A DNA stretch of 63,458 bases, counting the filler, from an uncultured Methanosarcinales archaeon (GTDB taxonomy: Archaea > Nanobdellota > Nanobdellia > Woesearchaeales > CAYXTQ01): assembly GCA_964608065.1 (NCBI GenBank). It is 6 parts of 6 records of this genome, joined end to end, with 100 filler letters (N's around TTAATTAATTAA, not from the genome) between each part and the next. Parts side by side here need not be neighbours in the genome. Positions count along the whole stretch, not along the records: positions 1 to 12,058 come from CAZSMA010000047.1; positions 12,159 to 23,568 come from CAZSMA010000049.1; 4 more parts are not named here. One strand, 5' to 3'. The translations under genes were made by a program, and so were the position numbers. The notes under the pieces were generated by a model, which was not told the DNA's origin, did not search any database, and saw nothing but the letters and a program-made list of their open reading frames with translations. Below, in pieces: positions 10,185 through 20,181 of the stretch; the first letter of the stretch is position 1, and the number at the start of each line of letters is the position of its first letter.

Positions 10185-10698
10185 CTGATTCTCTTTTTAA
10201 CATTGGCTTTAAGTATGACTGCATAAATGCTTTAGCGTACATGCTTAAGGGTTCGATACAATATTCCATATCACTACCTTTGACTATCAATTCTTCACTT
10301 TTTACTTCATAATTTTTTGGAAATTTATCAATATTCTTCAGGCATATATTAATAAAATCCTCTAAAACTGAGACTACAAACCTATCATCAAAATCATCAA
10401 ACTCTTTTTTAACTTCTATAACTAACTTTCCATTAATGGTTGAGACTTTTTTATATTTGAAGTTTGTTTTAGGTATTGATTTAAGGTGATTCTTAAAAAA
10501 ATGTCTGTACTCTGTTGCTAAAGGAACGTGGCTTTCACGAATGGCATTGTCGGCATTAATAAGTTTGGTTCCCATAGTATGGGCATATGCGGTTGATAAA
10601 GAAATACTTAACTCCTGTGATATGCATTCATAAGTTTTGCCTTCAGCTCTCAGTTTTTTTGCTTCATTTATTTTGATATCTGATATTTTGTGGATCAT
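10171..10698 (-). CDS. Hypothetical protein with N-terminal HTH
   Basis: LRAEGKTYECISQELSISLSTAYAH resembles an HTH. Confidence 0.65.
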   Translation of the reverse strand: MIHKISDIKINEAKKLRAEGKTYECISQELSISLSTAYAHTMGTKLINADNAIRESHVPLATEYRHFFKNHLKSIPKTNFKYKKVSTINGKLVIEVKKEFDDFDDRFVVSVLEDFINICLKNIDKFPKNYEVKSEELIVKGSDMEYCIEPLSMYAKAFMQSYLKPMLKRESVTGQ

Positions 10699-10807
10699 GT
10701 ATAACTCAGTTTTATCAAATGTTTATAAATCTTTCCTTTTAATACCACTATAGAGTAAGTATCAATAGTAACTTTTATAAACCTCATACAATTATCAACA
10801 AAGTAAA

Positions 10808-11092
10808 ATGACCTACTTTAGAATATCAAAAGACGGTTGCATAGATACAGATATTCCAGATACAGCTTGGATTAGGGCTTCAGAATACTATATTACAGAA
10901 GAGGGCAAATATACAACGCCCAATCAAAAAGAGAGATTTAAACTGCACGCTGTAATTGCAGAGTGTGTACCTTTTTGTGAAACACTTGATAAACTTATCA
11001 GTAAACTCAAAAAGGAGAAAGATATTACAATTTCAGAATCAGGCTTACGTCAGAAACTTGTAGCTGCATCAAAGCAAGCAATGATATACTAA
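10808..11092 (+). CDS. Hypothetical protein (possible C-terminal HTH)
   Basis: 94-aa ORF about 27 nt after a TTTTATAAA box. Confidence 0.6.
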   Translation: MTYFRISKDGCIDTDIPDTAWIRASEYYITEEGKYTTPNQKERFKLHAVIAECVPFCETLDKLISKLKKEKDITISESGLRQKLVAASKQAMIY

Positions 11093-11131
11093 TCAGTTAA
11101 CTTTATATCCAACTTATAATTAACTAATCCT

Positions 11132-11863
11132 ATGATAAAAGCAATATTATTTGATCTAGACATGACTTTGATAGATTTTATTAGAATGAAAAAAAAAGCA
11201 AGCAATGCAGCAGCAAGAGCTATGGTTAAAGCTGGATTAAGAATGAGTTTTAAGACAGCACAGAAAGAATTATTCAAGATTTATCTGAAAGATATTGAAG
11301 GAGACTATCCAATAACCAATTTTTTGAAAAAGTTCAATCATTATCATGAAAGAATTCTAGCAGCAGGAATAAACACATACCGCAAAGTTAAATACTTTTA
11401 TTTAAAACCATATCCAAAGGTGATTCCAACTCTGAAAGCATTGAAGAACTTAGGATTGAAGATTGGGATAGTGACAGATGCTCCAAGATTAAAGGCTTTT
11501 ACAAGATTAGATGAAATGGGCATTGCAGATTATTTTGATGTTGTTGTTGGATGGGAAGATACAGGAAGAACAAAGCCTAGCAAATTACCTTTTAGAAAAG
11601 CTCTAAAATTACTTAGATTAAAACCTAATCATGTTATGCACGTCGGAGATTATCCTGAAAGAGATATATTGGGGGCTAAAAGGGCTGGTTTAATAAGTTG
11701 TTTTGCATCTTATGGTTATTTAGGAAGAGGGAAAGTAGTCTGGGCAGATTATAGTATCAGGAAGTTTGAAGATGTTTTAGAGCTAGCTAAATTGTTGAAG
11801 AAAGGCCATAGTTTGAATAAGTATTCTGTTACAAAATGTCAAAAACCACCCATTATAAATTGA
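11132..11863 (+). CDS. HAD-superfamily hydrolase (subfamily IA)
   Basis: FDLDMTL, IVTD, KP, HVGDYPERDILGAKRAG; the C-terminal tail runs into a palindromic element. Confidence 0.92.
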   Translation: MIKAILFDLDMTLIDFIRMKKKASNAAARAMVKAGLRMSFKTAQKELFKIYLKDIEGDYPITNFLKKFNHYHERILAAGINTYRKVKYFYLKPYPKVIPTLKALKNLGLKIGIVTDAPRLKAFTRLDEMGIADYFDVVVGWEDTGRTKPSKLPFRKALKLLRLKPNHVMHVGDYPERDILGAKRAGLISCFASYGYLGRGKVVWADYSIRKFEDVLELAKLLKKGHSLNKYSVTKCQKPPIIN

Positions 11864-12010
11864 TGACATATTGCTATCGTAAATGTGAACAGTGGTTTTT
11901 GATCATACAAGGAAATCAAAGATTTCCTGTATCCTGAAAATCTATGATTTTCATGATGATCAGAAATTTTTACAACATTAATAGAAAAAAATGAAAATTT
12001 CTGACATTTT
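11833..12010. repeat. Multi-hairpin palindromic element (triloop hairpin family)
   Basis: Outer IR AAAATGTCA/TGACATTTT. Inner stems TCAAAAACCAC/GTGGTTTTTGA, GGAAATC-AAA-GATTTCC (11911-11927), TGAAAATC-TAT-GATTTTCA (11935-11953), TCAGAAATTTT/AAAATTTCTGA. Confidence 0.85.
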
Positions 12011-12058
12011 AAGAAACCTTTTTATATAATGATTTCTAATAGGTTATAGTATGAAAAG

Positions 12059-12158
12059 NNNNNNNNNNNNNNNNNNNNNNNNNNNNNNNNNNNNNNNNNN
12101 NNTTAATTAATTAANNNNNNNNNNNNNNNNNNNNNNNNNNNNNNNNNNNNNNNNNNNN
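12059..12158. other. Artificial contig spacer
   Basis: 44 N + TTAATTAATTAA + 44 N, repeated five times in the window. Confidence 0.98.
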
Positions 12159-13084
12159 TAACAGCTACAACCAATGAAAATTCAACTTGCAGAATCTCCA
12201 CAACAAGCCAAAACTACACTCAAATGAGCTCTGCAATGACACCAGATGCAGCTGGAACATCACACACTAACACAAGCTCAGGCTTAAGCGCTTCAACATC
12301 TTACACATTCTATGCCAGCTGTGAGGATATAGCTGGAAATGAAATGAATTCCTCGAGTTCAACAACATTTACAACATCTGCAGCAAGCACAACTAGTACT
12401 GGTGGCGGTGGAGGAGGCGGTTCTACTAGCAGCGAAACTTCTGTAGCAAAAAAATGGAGTATGTTCATGACAGGAAGAAACACAATGACCATCTCAAAAG
12501 ATGGAATAGCATTTACAGAATTAGTTATGACATCTACAAAACCAAAAAGTGATGTGGAAATAACAGTCGAAAAACTAAGCTCAAAACCAAGTTCTACTAC
12601 TGCTTTCAGCGACACTAATTATCAATATCTTGAAGTAACTAAGGAAAATATAAACGATACTGAATTAAGTAAAGCTGAGATTACATTTAAGGTTGAAAAA
12701 TCATGGCTCACTGAAAAAAGCATTAGTGAAGCAAATGTGAAACTTTATAGATACAGCTCAGATAAATGGAATGCGCTAGTTACAACAAAAACAAGCTCAG
12801 ACAGCACTTATACTTATTATAAAGCAACATCTCCAGGATTAAGCTATTTCGCAATAGGAGGTAAAAAAACAAGCGCTGCTGGAACTGCTAACGAAGTAAC
12901 AACCGAGGAAACAGAAGGAGAAGCTCCAACAACAGCAGGAGCTGCAGAAGAAAGTGAAGAGAAGGAAACTGCAGCAAAAAAATCAAAGCCATGGCTAATC
13001 TGGCTGATAATTGCAATAGTTGTAATAGCTTTATTAGCAATATTCTTTGTGTATCTCAGAAAACAGGAAGAAAAGCTCAGTTAG
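12159..13084 (+). CDS. PGF-pre-PGF domain surface protein, 5'-truncated by contig edge
   Basis: Ser/Thr-rich region, GGGGGGGS linker, YQYLEV...AEITFKVEKSWL...LYRY...SPGLSYFAIG, C-terminal TM helix. Confidence 0.85.
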
Positions 13085-13317
13085 TTTTTTTTTTTTTTTT
13101 TTTTTTATTTTTTTTTTTTTTTTTTAATATAAAATTTTTTTTTTTTAATTTTTAAATTCATTAGAAAAATAAAAANNNNNNNNNNTAAAAAATTTTTTTG
13201 TTTATTTCAAAAAAAAGGAAAAAAAGTTCGTTTATTTTTTTTTTTTTTTTTTTATTATTATTTTTATTTATTATTAATAGAAACCTTTTTATTCTAGAGT
13301 TTAAAACCCAATAGAAA

Positions 13318-13908
13318 ATGAAAAAAAAGAATATTAAAAAAATACTGAAAAAAACATGGCATTTTATATGGGAAGATGATTCTCTGCTTAGCTGGATTGT
13401 AAACATAATTCTTGCATTTATATTAATTAAATTCATAGTTTATCCTGGCCTTGGATTTATATTAACAACATCCCACCCTGTTGTTGCTGTTGTATCTGGC
13501 AGCATGGAACATAATGGTAATTTTGATAATTGGTGGCAATCTCATGAAAAATACTACAAGGAATTAGATATAAGCAAAGAGGATTTCATAAAATATAGTT
13601 TCAAAAACGGTTTTAACAAAGGAGATATCATGGTTCTAAAAGGTGTTAGTCCTGAAAAATTAGAGATAGGTAATGTGATTGTTTACACAATAGGCGGTAA
13701 AGATCCAATAATACACAGAGTAGTAAAAAAATGGTATAACGATAGTTATTATTTCCAGACAAAAGGGGATAATGTTGCTATTGTCCAAAGATTTGAACAA
13801 GAAATAAATGAAAAACAAGTAATAGGAAAAGCGCTTTTCAGAATTCCTTACTTAGGCTATATTAAAATCTGGTTTGTAGAACTTTTAAAGTTTATAGGTA
13901 TTGCATAA
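13318..13908 (+). CDS. Signal peptidase I (archaeal Sec11/SipW type)
   Basis: VVSGSMEH, KGD, PIIHRVV, TKGDN, IPYLGY (Ser/His type). Confidence 0.93.
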   Translation: MKKKNIKKILKKTWHFIWEDDSLLSWIVNIILAFILIKFIVYPGLGFILTTSHPVVAVVSGSMEHNGNFDNWWQSHEKYYKELDISKEDFIKYSFKNGFNKGDIMVLKGVSPEKLEIGNVIVYTIGGKDPIIHRVVKKWYNDSYYFQTKGDNVAIVQRFEQEINEKQVIGKALFRIPYLGYIKIWFVELLKFIGIA

Positions 13909-13909
13909 A

Positions 13910-14221
13910 ATGATATTTTGTCCTAAATGCGGTTCTTTGTTAAGGCCTAATAAAGAAAACAGAAAAATAGTAATATGTGGCTGCGGCTATAAATCTAAAA
14001 GTGAAGGTTTAGGCAAAATAAAAGAAGAAGTTAAACAAAAAAAAAATGTTGAAGTAGTTGACAAAGATATAGAAACACTGCCTTTAATGGATGCTGAATG
14101 CCCTAAATGCAGCCATAGAAAAGCATACTACCATCTTGTCCAGACAAGAGCTGCTGACGAACCAGAAACTAAGTTCTTGAGGTGCGAGAAGTGCAGACAC
14201 AGATGGAGAGACTATGATTAA
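13910..14221 (+). CDS. tfs: Transcription factor S (TFS/RpoM)
   Basis: FCPKCGS zinc ribbon; CPKC...QTRAADEPET...CEKC. Confidence 0.95.
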   Translation: MIFCPKCGSLLRPNKENRKIVICGCGYKSKSEGLGKIKEEVKQKKNVEVVDKDIETLPLMDAECPKCSHRKAYYHLVQTRAADEPETKFLRCEKCRHRWRDYD

Positions 14222-14453
14222 AGAATTAAAAAGAAAATCAACAATAAAGATTATAGTTAAGCCTAATTCTCCTAAAAACGAAATAAGATCATATGATAAA
14301 GAAAAATGCGCTTACAAAGTAAACATTAAAGCCCCTCCTGAAAAAGGCAAGGCAAATAAAGAAATAATTAAATTCTTCTCTAAATTATTAAAAAAAAAAA
14401 TTAATATAGTAAAAGGTCTGAAAAGCAGGGAAAAAATAATTAAGGCCTTTTAA
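14214..14453 (+). CDS. DUF167 (YggU) family protein
   Basis: VKPNS, KAPPEKGKANKE, GLKSREK. Confidence 0.9.
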   Translation: MIKELKRKSTIKIIVKPNSPKNEIRSYDKEKCAYKVNIKAPPEKGKANKEIIKFFSKLLKKKINIVKGLKSREKIIKAF

Positions 14454-14613
14454 TCCACTCTTCTTTTAATATATCAGTATGTTCTCCATAGTTCTTCGGC
14501 TCATACTTGTCTTCCTTTGGTTTATACTTTAACTTTTTCCTTACATCTGGATTCAACCATAGATATATTACAATTCCAATAAAAACAGCAAATCCTATTA
14601 TTGTCCAGTCCAT
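14440..14613 (-). CDS. Small single-TM membrane protein (57 aa)
   Basis: MDWTIIGFAVFIGIVIYLWLNP...; ATG at 14613 preferred. Confidence 0.65.
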   Translation of the reverse strand: MDWTIIGFAVFIGIVIYLWLNPDVRKKLKYKPKEDKYEPKNYGEHTDILKEEWIKRP

Positions 14614-14653
14614 AATAAAACTATAATCCTCTATCATATATAAATTTTGTTTT

Positions 14654-14761
14654 CTACATTCCAATAAGATAATTCTTTAAGAAATCTATTTCTTCATAAT
14701 CTTCATTCAGATGATATTGCCAGTATAAATTTGAGAATTGTTTATTTATTTTAATCTTCAC
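14654..14761 (-). CDS. Putative small ORF (35 aa, GTG start)
   Basis: MKIKINKQFSNLYWQYHLNEDYEEIDFLKNYLIGM; overlaps the upstream small ORF; GAGG motifs upstream. Confidence 0.35.
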   Translation of the reverse strand: MKIKINKQFSNLYWQYHLNEDYEEIDFLKNYLIGM

Positions 14762-14849
14762 TAACCTCTTCATCCTCTTCCATATATTTAGATAAAGTTT
14801 TATTATTGATTATTGCTTTGTAACTGATTGGTTTGGTTCTGTCTGTCAA
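14751..14849 (-). CDS. Putative small ORF (32 aa, TTG start)
   Basis: MTDRTKPISYKAIINNKTLSKYMEEDEEVSED; SD GAGGTG 6 nt upstream. Confidence 0.4.
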   Translation of the reverse strand: MTDRTKPISYKAIINNKTLSKYMEEDEEVSED

Positions 14850-14858
14850 CTGCCACAC

Positions 14859-14910
14859 CTCTTTTTACTTTGTAAAAGGAGACCAGAAAATTATGAAATA
14901 ATTTTCGCTG
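14859..14910. repeat. Tandem triloop hairpins (hairpin family)
   Basis: TTTTAC-TTT-GTAAAA and GAAAATTAT-GAA-ATAATTTTC next to the SD of the small ORF. Confidence 0.6.
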
Positions 14911-14913
14911 CCT

Positions 14914-14945
<32 letters not shown>

Positions 14946-15160
14946 GATTAAAAAGTTACCATTCCTACCTAAATATTGGGGGTGCTTTACCCAGAATTTC
15001 GATAGGAATGGCCGAATAAGATGTAATAATATGTATTTCCTAAAATAAAAATTAAAGCAAGGTAGTATTTAAGTTAAATTGAGATAAAAAGTATATATCT
15101 AAAAACCTAATGATTAGAACTATATAACCAAATGAAACATTAGTTTTTTTTGAGTAGTAT

Positions 15161-15664
15161 CTAACCAGCCTCAAACTGAAGTAGTGATGTTAGCTCATGT
15201 TTTACTATTTTTCCGTCGTCAGACTTTATTTTTATGTTTAAAGTTTTGAAAGAACTTGTTAAAAAAGTTAAATTCCAGACCTGCCCAACATCCAGATGCT
15301 GCAGTAAGATTATTGTTTTCATTGCCATTTCTCCTTTGTACTCTTTTTTCATAAGGTCTTTTGCCATCTCTAAAATTTTATCCAGACTTAATTTAACTTT
15401 TTTCAAATCTATCTCTTTTATCTTTTCTTTTTCCTTTCTGAAAATATCTTTTTCAGGAACCATCCTTATATCGTCTTTTTCAACTATAAAGGTAATCATC
15501 TTGTCTTTCTCAGAATTATAATAACCTATCTGCCATTCATCCCTGTTCGCAGGGTCCAGCATTTTAAAGCAATGCACCAGATAATAATTTTTATTGGAGT
15601 TTTTCCATTCCTTGAACTCAGAATCTGCTTCTATTTTCTTTTTTATAACATCTTTTATTTCCAT
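15161..15664 (-). CDS. Conserved hypothetical protein (PepSY-like C-terminus)
   Basis: EWQIGYY...WNLTF...NIKIKSDDGKIV. Confidence 0.7.
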   Translation of the reverse strand: MEIKDVIKKKIEADSEFKEWKNSNKNYYLVHCFKMLDPANRDEWQIGYYNSEKDKMITFIVEKDDIRMVPEKDIFRKEKEKIKEIDLKKVKLSLDKILEMAKDLMKKEYKGEMAMKTIILLQHLDVGQVWNLTFLTSSFKTLNIKIKSDDGKIVKHELTSLLQFEAG

Positions 15665-15736
15665 ATCAATTTCAAAAAAGATTAATATTTATATAGTTTG
15701 TGTTATTCTCAGGCTGCAATGGGAAAGGGTAAAAAA

Positions 15737-16678
15737 ATGTTGACAAATGCCATGGAATCCAATTTAAAAAAACAGCACTATGTTATTGCAGGAAAACATT
15801 CGGCTGTTAAAATATGCACTTGGACAAAAAGATCAATTAATGATGAAGACTTTTGCTATAAACAAAAATTTTACGGAATTAGGGCTCATTTATGCTGTCA
15901 GATGACAACAAGCATTGGCTGTCCAAACATGTGCGAGTTCTGCTGGAGAGATCATTCAACACCATATTCAACAAAATGGTTGTGGTCTTCAGATAACCCG
16001 GAAGATATACTAAAATTAGCTGTCGAAGGCCAAAGAAAACTTATTTCTGGATTTGGAGGCTCAAGCAAAGCAAACAAAATAAAATTAAAACAAGCTCGGA
16101 ATCCAAAACATTTTGCACTTTCTCTGATTGGAGAATCTATTATGTATCCAAAGATTAATGAATTCATCAAATTATTGCATAAGAAAGAAATCTCAACTTT
16201 CCTGGTTACAAAAGGACAGTTTCCAGAAAAACTGGCAAAACTAGAACCTGTTACCCAATTATATATTTCATTGGATGCTCCAAATAAAAAAGCATTCAAT
16301 AAACTGAATAAACCATTATTCAAAAATGGTTGGGAAAGATTATTGAAAAGCTTGGAAATAATGAAAACACTCAGGAATAAATCAAGAACAACAATAAGAC
16401 TAACATGCATCAAAGGCATTAATATGATTGAACTGGAAAATTATGCTAAATTATTAAAAAAATGCAATCCAATGTTTATTGAAGTTAAATCTTATATGTG
16501 GGTTGGAAGTTCCAGATCAAGATTAAAACAGGAAAACATGCCAACACACAAAGAAACAAAAGATTTTGCAAAAAAAATAGCTAAACTCATAAAATATAAA
16601 ATCATCGACGAAAAACCTAATTCCAGGGTTGTTTTACTTGCTAAGAAAGACTTTAAAGGAAGAAAGATGAAGTTCTAA
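15737..16678 (+). CDS. taw1: 4-demethylwyosine synthase (radical SAM, TYW1/Taw1)
   Basis: HSAVKICTWT, CYKQKFYGI, CPNMCEFCWR, FIEVKSYMWVGSS, SRVVLL. Confidence 0.93.
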   Translation: MLTNAMESNLKKQHYVIAGKHSAVKICTWTKRSINDEDFCYKQKFYGIRAHLCCQMTTSIGCPNMCEFCWRDHSTPYSTKWLWSSDNPEDILKLAVEGQRKLISGFGGSSKANKIKLKQARNPKHFALSLIGESIMYPKINEFIKLLHKKEISTFLVTKGQFPEKLAKLEPVTQLYISLDAPNKKAFNKLNKPLFKNGWERLLKSLEIMKTLRNKSRTTIRLTCIKGINMIELENYAKLLKKCNPMFIEVKSYMWVGSSRSRLKQENMPTHKETKDFAKKIAKLIKYKIIDEKPNSRVVLLAKKDFKGRKMKF

Positions 16679-17265
16679 ATAGTTATTAAGTTACCATAAG
16701 GCCCTGGATTTATAAGAAACATGCTGCCTATTTTGTCCTCTTTACCAGCATTCTCATGCAGATGCCCGCAAATAACTAAATCTACTTTATTGTTCTTAAT
16801 AAAACTCGTATAGCTTTTGTTCCCTGCATAATTTGCTCCAATTTTGTCTAATTTTGTTTTATATGGTGGCTGATGTGTAATCAAAATAACTTTTTGGTCT
16901 TTAATCTTTAGCTTTTTGCTCCATTTCTCAAATTCTTTGTCAACATCAGCAAATCCTCCTCCACCATAGCCAATAAATAAATAATTATCAATTTTATCAT
17001 AAGTTTGTTTATGCAGAGAATATACATTCATAAAATTAGAGCTTACTTTCCTTATATTTTCTTCAGATTCATGATTTCCAGGAATAATTAAAAAAGGAAT
17101 TTTGAATTTTGCTAATCTTTCAACAAAATAATCTAATTTCTGCTCAAATATACTTATATCTCCTGCACAGATTATCACATCTGGTTTCTTTAATTTTATA
17201 TTATGAACTAACCTCTTCAATGCCTTAAGACTTCCATGCATATCAACAAAAGCTAAAATCTTCAT
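16675..17265 (-). CDS. Metallophosphoesterase
   Basis: DMHG, AGD, PGNHE, THQPP, CGHLHE, INPG. Confidence 0.92.
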   Translation of the reverse strand: MKILAFVDMHGSLKALKRLVHNIKLKKPDVIICAGDISIFEQKLDYFVERLAKFKIPFLIIPGNHESEENIRKVSSNFMNVYSLHKQTYDKIDNYLFIGYGGGGFADVDKEFEKWSKKLKIKDQKVILITHQPPYKTKLDKIGANYAGNKSYTSFIKNNKVDLVICGHLHENAGKEDKIGSMFLINPGPYGNLITI

Positions 17266-17377
17266 ATTACTTTAGAATTAAATGGTTATATTTAATATTT
17301 ATCATTAAACATATTAATTACTTAATAATAGTTAAAATAGAAAGGTTTTTAAATTATTGCGTTATATTGCTCTCGAT

Positions 17378-17866
17378 ATGAAAAATAATCATGAATTAGA
17401 GGGTATTATTGAAGATAATATTAGATTATGGAGAAATCGACTTGAATTAACTGATAAAGCGCTATCACATATTATTCCAGATGAAGATATTCAAAAAGTT
17501 AGGCAAAACTCAAGCTATGAAGAAGAAGTGTTACTATACTATGCTAAGGTTAATGGAAAAAATTGTATATATCTTGTATCAAAGAGCACAATAAGTGAAA
17601 TAATAAGGAAGGCATCTAAAAATCCTGCGAGAACTGATTCATATAAAGATTTAATTAGTAAAATTGAGGGCACGTGTTATAAGAAAAAATTGAACAAGAA
17701 TGAAGATAAATATTCTATATTTCTTCCAAATATGCTGATGAAGCTTGCACAAATAAATCAAGGTTCATACTGTATGGCTACTAAACCTCCCAAAGGGGTT
17801 AGAGGAATCTTAATTTACAGTAAGAGTGTTTATAATAAATTAAGTGATGATCAAAAAAAAAAATAA
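17378..17866 (+). CDS. Hypothetical protein
   Basis: ORF after a GAAAGG-TTTTTAAA promoter-like box; no recognised family. Confidence 0.65.
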   Translation: MKNNHELEGIIEDNIRLWRNRLELTDKALSHIIPDEDIQKVRQNSSYEEEVLLYYAKVNGKNCIYLVSKSTISEIIRKASKNPARTDSYKDLISKIEGTCYKKKLNKNEDKYSIFLPNMLMKLAQINQGSYCMATKPPKGVRGILIYSKSVYNKLSDDQKKK

Positions 17867-17914
17867 CTAATCCGATACCTTTTTATATAAAGTTTGATTT
17901 TTAAAAAAAAAAAT

Positions 17915-20140
17915 ATGTATGAACTAATAATTTCAGAAAAACCGAAATCTGCGCAAAAAATAGCAGAAGCATTGGCAGATGGCAAACCAATTAAAAAAGC
18001 CAATCAAAAAGTTCCATACTATTTAGTCACTCATGGAAACAAAGATCTCGTCGTAGTTGGTGCAGTTGGCCATCTATATGGATTAGCTGAAAAGAACAAA
18101 GGAACATGGAAATTTCCTGTATTTGATATTGAATGGAAACCGACAAATGAGATGTCTAAAGGCGCTTCTTACAGCAAAAAATATCTGCAGACAATAAAAA
18201 AACTAGTAAAAGACGCTGATTCTTTCACAGTTGCAACTGATTATGATATTGAAGGAGAAGTTATTGGCCTAAATATAGTAAGAAGTATTTGCAAGCAAAA
18301 AGATGCTGCAAGGATGAAGTTCTCAACTTTAACAAAATCAGATTTAATTGAAGCTTATGAAAACAAACAGAAAACATTGAACTGGCCTCAGGCAGAAGCT
18401 GGAGAAACACGTCACTATTTAGATTATTATAATGGAATCAATTTTTCAAGAGCTCTAACATCTGCCTACAAGACAACAGGCGGCTTTAAAGTTTTAAGTA
18501 TAGGAAGAGTTCAAGGTCCTTCTCTAAAAATTATTGTAGACAAAGAAAAAGAAATAAAAGCATTCAAATCAGTTCCTTTCTGGCAGATTGAATTAAATGG
18601 AAATGTAAACAAAGAAGATATTACAGCATGGCATATCAAAGACAAGTTCTGGGATAAAAAGAAAGCAGACAAAGTAATGGAAACAGTTAAAGGTGAAAAA
18701 AAAGGTTCTGTTTCAAAAATAGAGAAAAAACAATTCAAACAAACTCCCCCTTTCCCATTTGATCTGACTGCTCTGCAGATTGAAGCTTATAGAGTATTTA
18801 AAATACAGCCAAAAGAAACACTTTCTATTGCCCAAGAACTTTACACATCAAGCTATATTTCATATCCAAGAACATCTTCTAATCAATTATCTTCTAAAAT
18901 TGGTTATTCAAAGATTATAACATTATTATCAAAGCAGGATAGTTATAAAGAATTATGCTCAAAATTATTAAAAACAAAATTAGAGCCAAACAATGGCAAG
19001 AAAACAGATCCAGCTCATCCTGCTATATATCCAACTGGAATTATCCCTAAATTAGAAGACAGGCAGTACAAGATTTATGATTTGATTGCAAGAAGATTTA
19101 TGGCAACATTTGGAGAAGCTGCTTTAAGGGAGACAATGAAGATACTTATTGATGTCAATAAAGAGATATTTGTAGCAAAAGGAACAAGAACTATAGAAAA
19201 AAATTGGTTTGAATATTATGGGCCTTATGTAAGATTAGATGAAGAAGAGCTTCCGAAAGTTAAAGAAAATGATATTGTAGACATTAAGAAAATAATATTA
19301 CGTGATAAAGAAACACAGCCTCCAAAACATTATACTCCTGCTTCTATGATAAAAGAGCTCGAGAAAAAGATGTTGGGAACGAAAAGCACAAGAGCTGCCA
19401 TCATAGACACATTGTTCCAAAGACATTATGTTCATGGCCATACATCAATTGAAGCTACAGAGCTGGGTATCAATACAATCAAAACTTTAGAAAAACATGT
19501 TCCTCAGATAATTGATGAAGCCTTAACAAGGCATTTTGAAGATGAAATGGAAGAAATAAGAAAAGGAAAAAGGAAAAAGAAAGACGTACTGAAAGAAGCT
19601 GAAAAAGATATAATAAACATAATCAAAGAATTCAAAAAACATGAAAAAAAAATTGGAGAAGAACTGAAAAAAGCACACTGGGAATCAAAAGATAATATGA
19701 ATACGATAGGTAAATGTCCTAATTGTGAAAAAAATATGATGATCAGAAAAGGTAAATTTGGAATGTTTGCTGCATGTTCTGGCTATCCAAAATGCAAGAC
19801 AACAGTTTCATTGCCAAAAGGTGCTATGATTAAAGCTACAAATAAAGTTTGTGAGGTTTGCAGTTATCCAATTGTTAAACAAATCAAGAAACGATCTGCA
19901 AGAGATTTTTGCTTAAATCCTAAATGCAAATCAAAACATGTTGAAGGAGAAGCAGGAGAACAAGCAAAAGCAATAGCTAAAGGTGAAATAAAAAGAAATT
20001 GTCCTAAATGTAAGGAAGGCAATATTGTTCTTCGTAAATCTGTTTATGGCGGTTTTTTTGCATGTGACAGATTTCCTAAATGCAGATATACTGAACCTTT
20101 AGAAGATTCTAAAGTAAAGAAAGAAGACGAAAAAGAATAA
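17915..20140 (+). CDS. topA: DNA topoisomerase IA
   Basis: ISEKP TOPRIM, ATDYDIEGE, SIGRVQ, ISYPRT catalytic Tyr, AHPAIYPT, C-terminal zinc ribbons. Confidence 0.97.
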   Translation: MYELIISEKPKSAQKIAEALADGKPIKKANQKVPYYLVTHGNKDLVVVGAVGHLYGLAEKNKGTWKFPVFDIEWKPTNEMSKGASYSKKYLQTIKKLVKDADSFTVATDYDIEGEVIGLNIVRSICKQKDAARMKFSTLTKSDLIEAYENKQKTLNWPQAEAGETRHYLDYYNGINFSRALTSAYKTTGGFKVLSIGRVQGPSLKIIVDKEKEIKAFKSVPFWQIELNGNVNKEDITAWHIKDKFWDKKKADKVMETVKGEKKGSVSKIEKKQFKQTPPFPFDLTALQIEAYRVFKIQPKETLSIAQELYTSSYISYPRTSSNQLSSKIGYSKIITLLSKQDSYKELCSKLLKTKLEPNNGKKTDPAHPAIYPTGIIPKLEDRQYKIYDLIARRFMATFGEAALRETMKILIDVNKEIFVAKGTRTIEKNWFEYYGPYVRLDEEELPKVKENDIVDIKKIILRDKETQPPKHYTPASMIKELEKKMLGTKSTRAAIIDTLFQRHYVHGHTSIEATELGINTIKTLEKHVPQIIDEALTRHFEDEMEEIRKGKRKKKDVLKEAEKDIINIIKEFKKHEKKIGEELKKAHWESKDNMNTIGKCPNCEKNMMIRKGKFGMFAACSGYPKCKTTVSLPKGAMIKATNKVCEVCSYPIVKQIKKRSARDFCLNPKCKSKHVEGEAGEQAKAIAKGEIKRNCPKCKEGNIVLRKSVYGGFFACDRFPKCRYTEPLEDSKVKKEDEKE

Positions 20141-20181
20141 GATTTATAAATTATGTTGGAATTGCTGTATCGGGGGGCAAT

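Noticed and set aside
13085..13275. Long poly-T/poly-A tracts (also 23520-23545, 30869-30930, 14915-14945) and ORF 13161-13436
   Set aside because: Low-complexity, partly N-containing intergenic sequence. Probably T-rich terminators distorted by homopolymer errors, not phase-variation tracts or genes.
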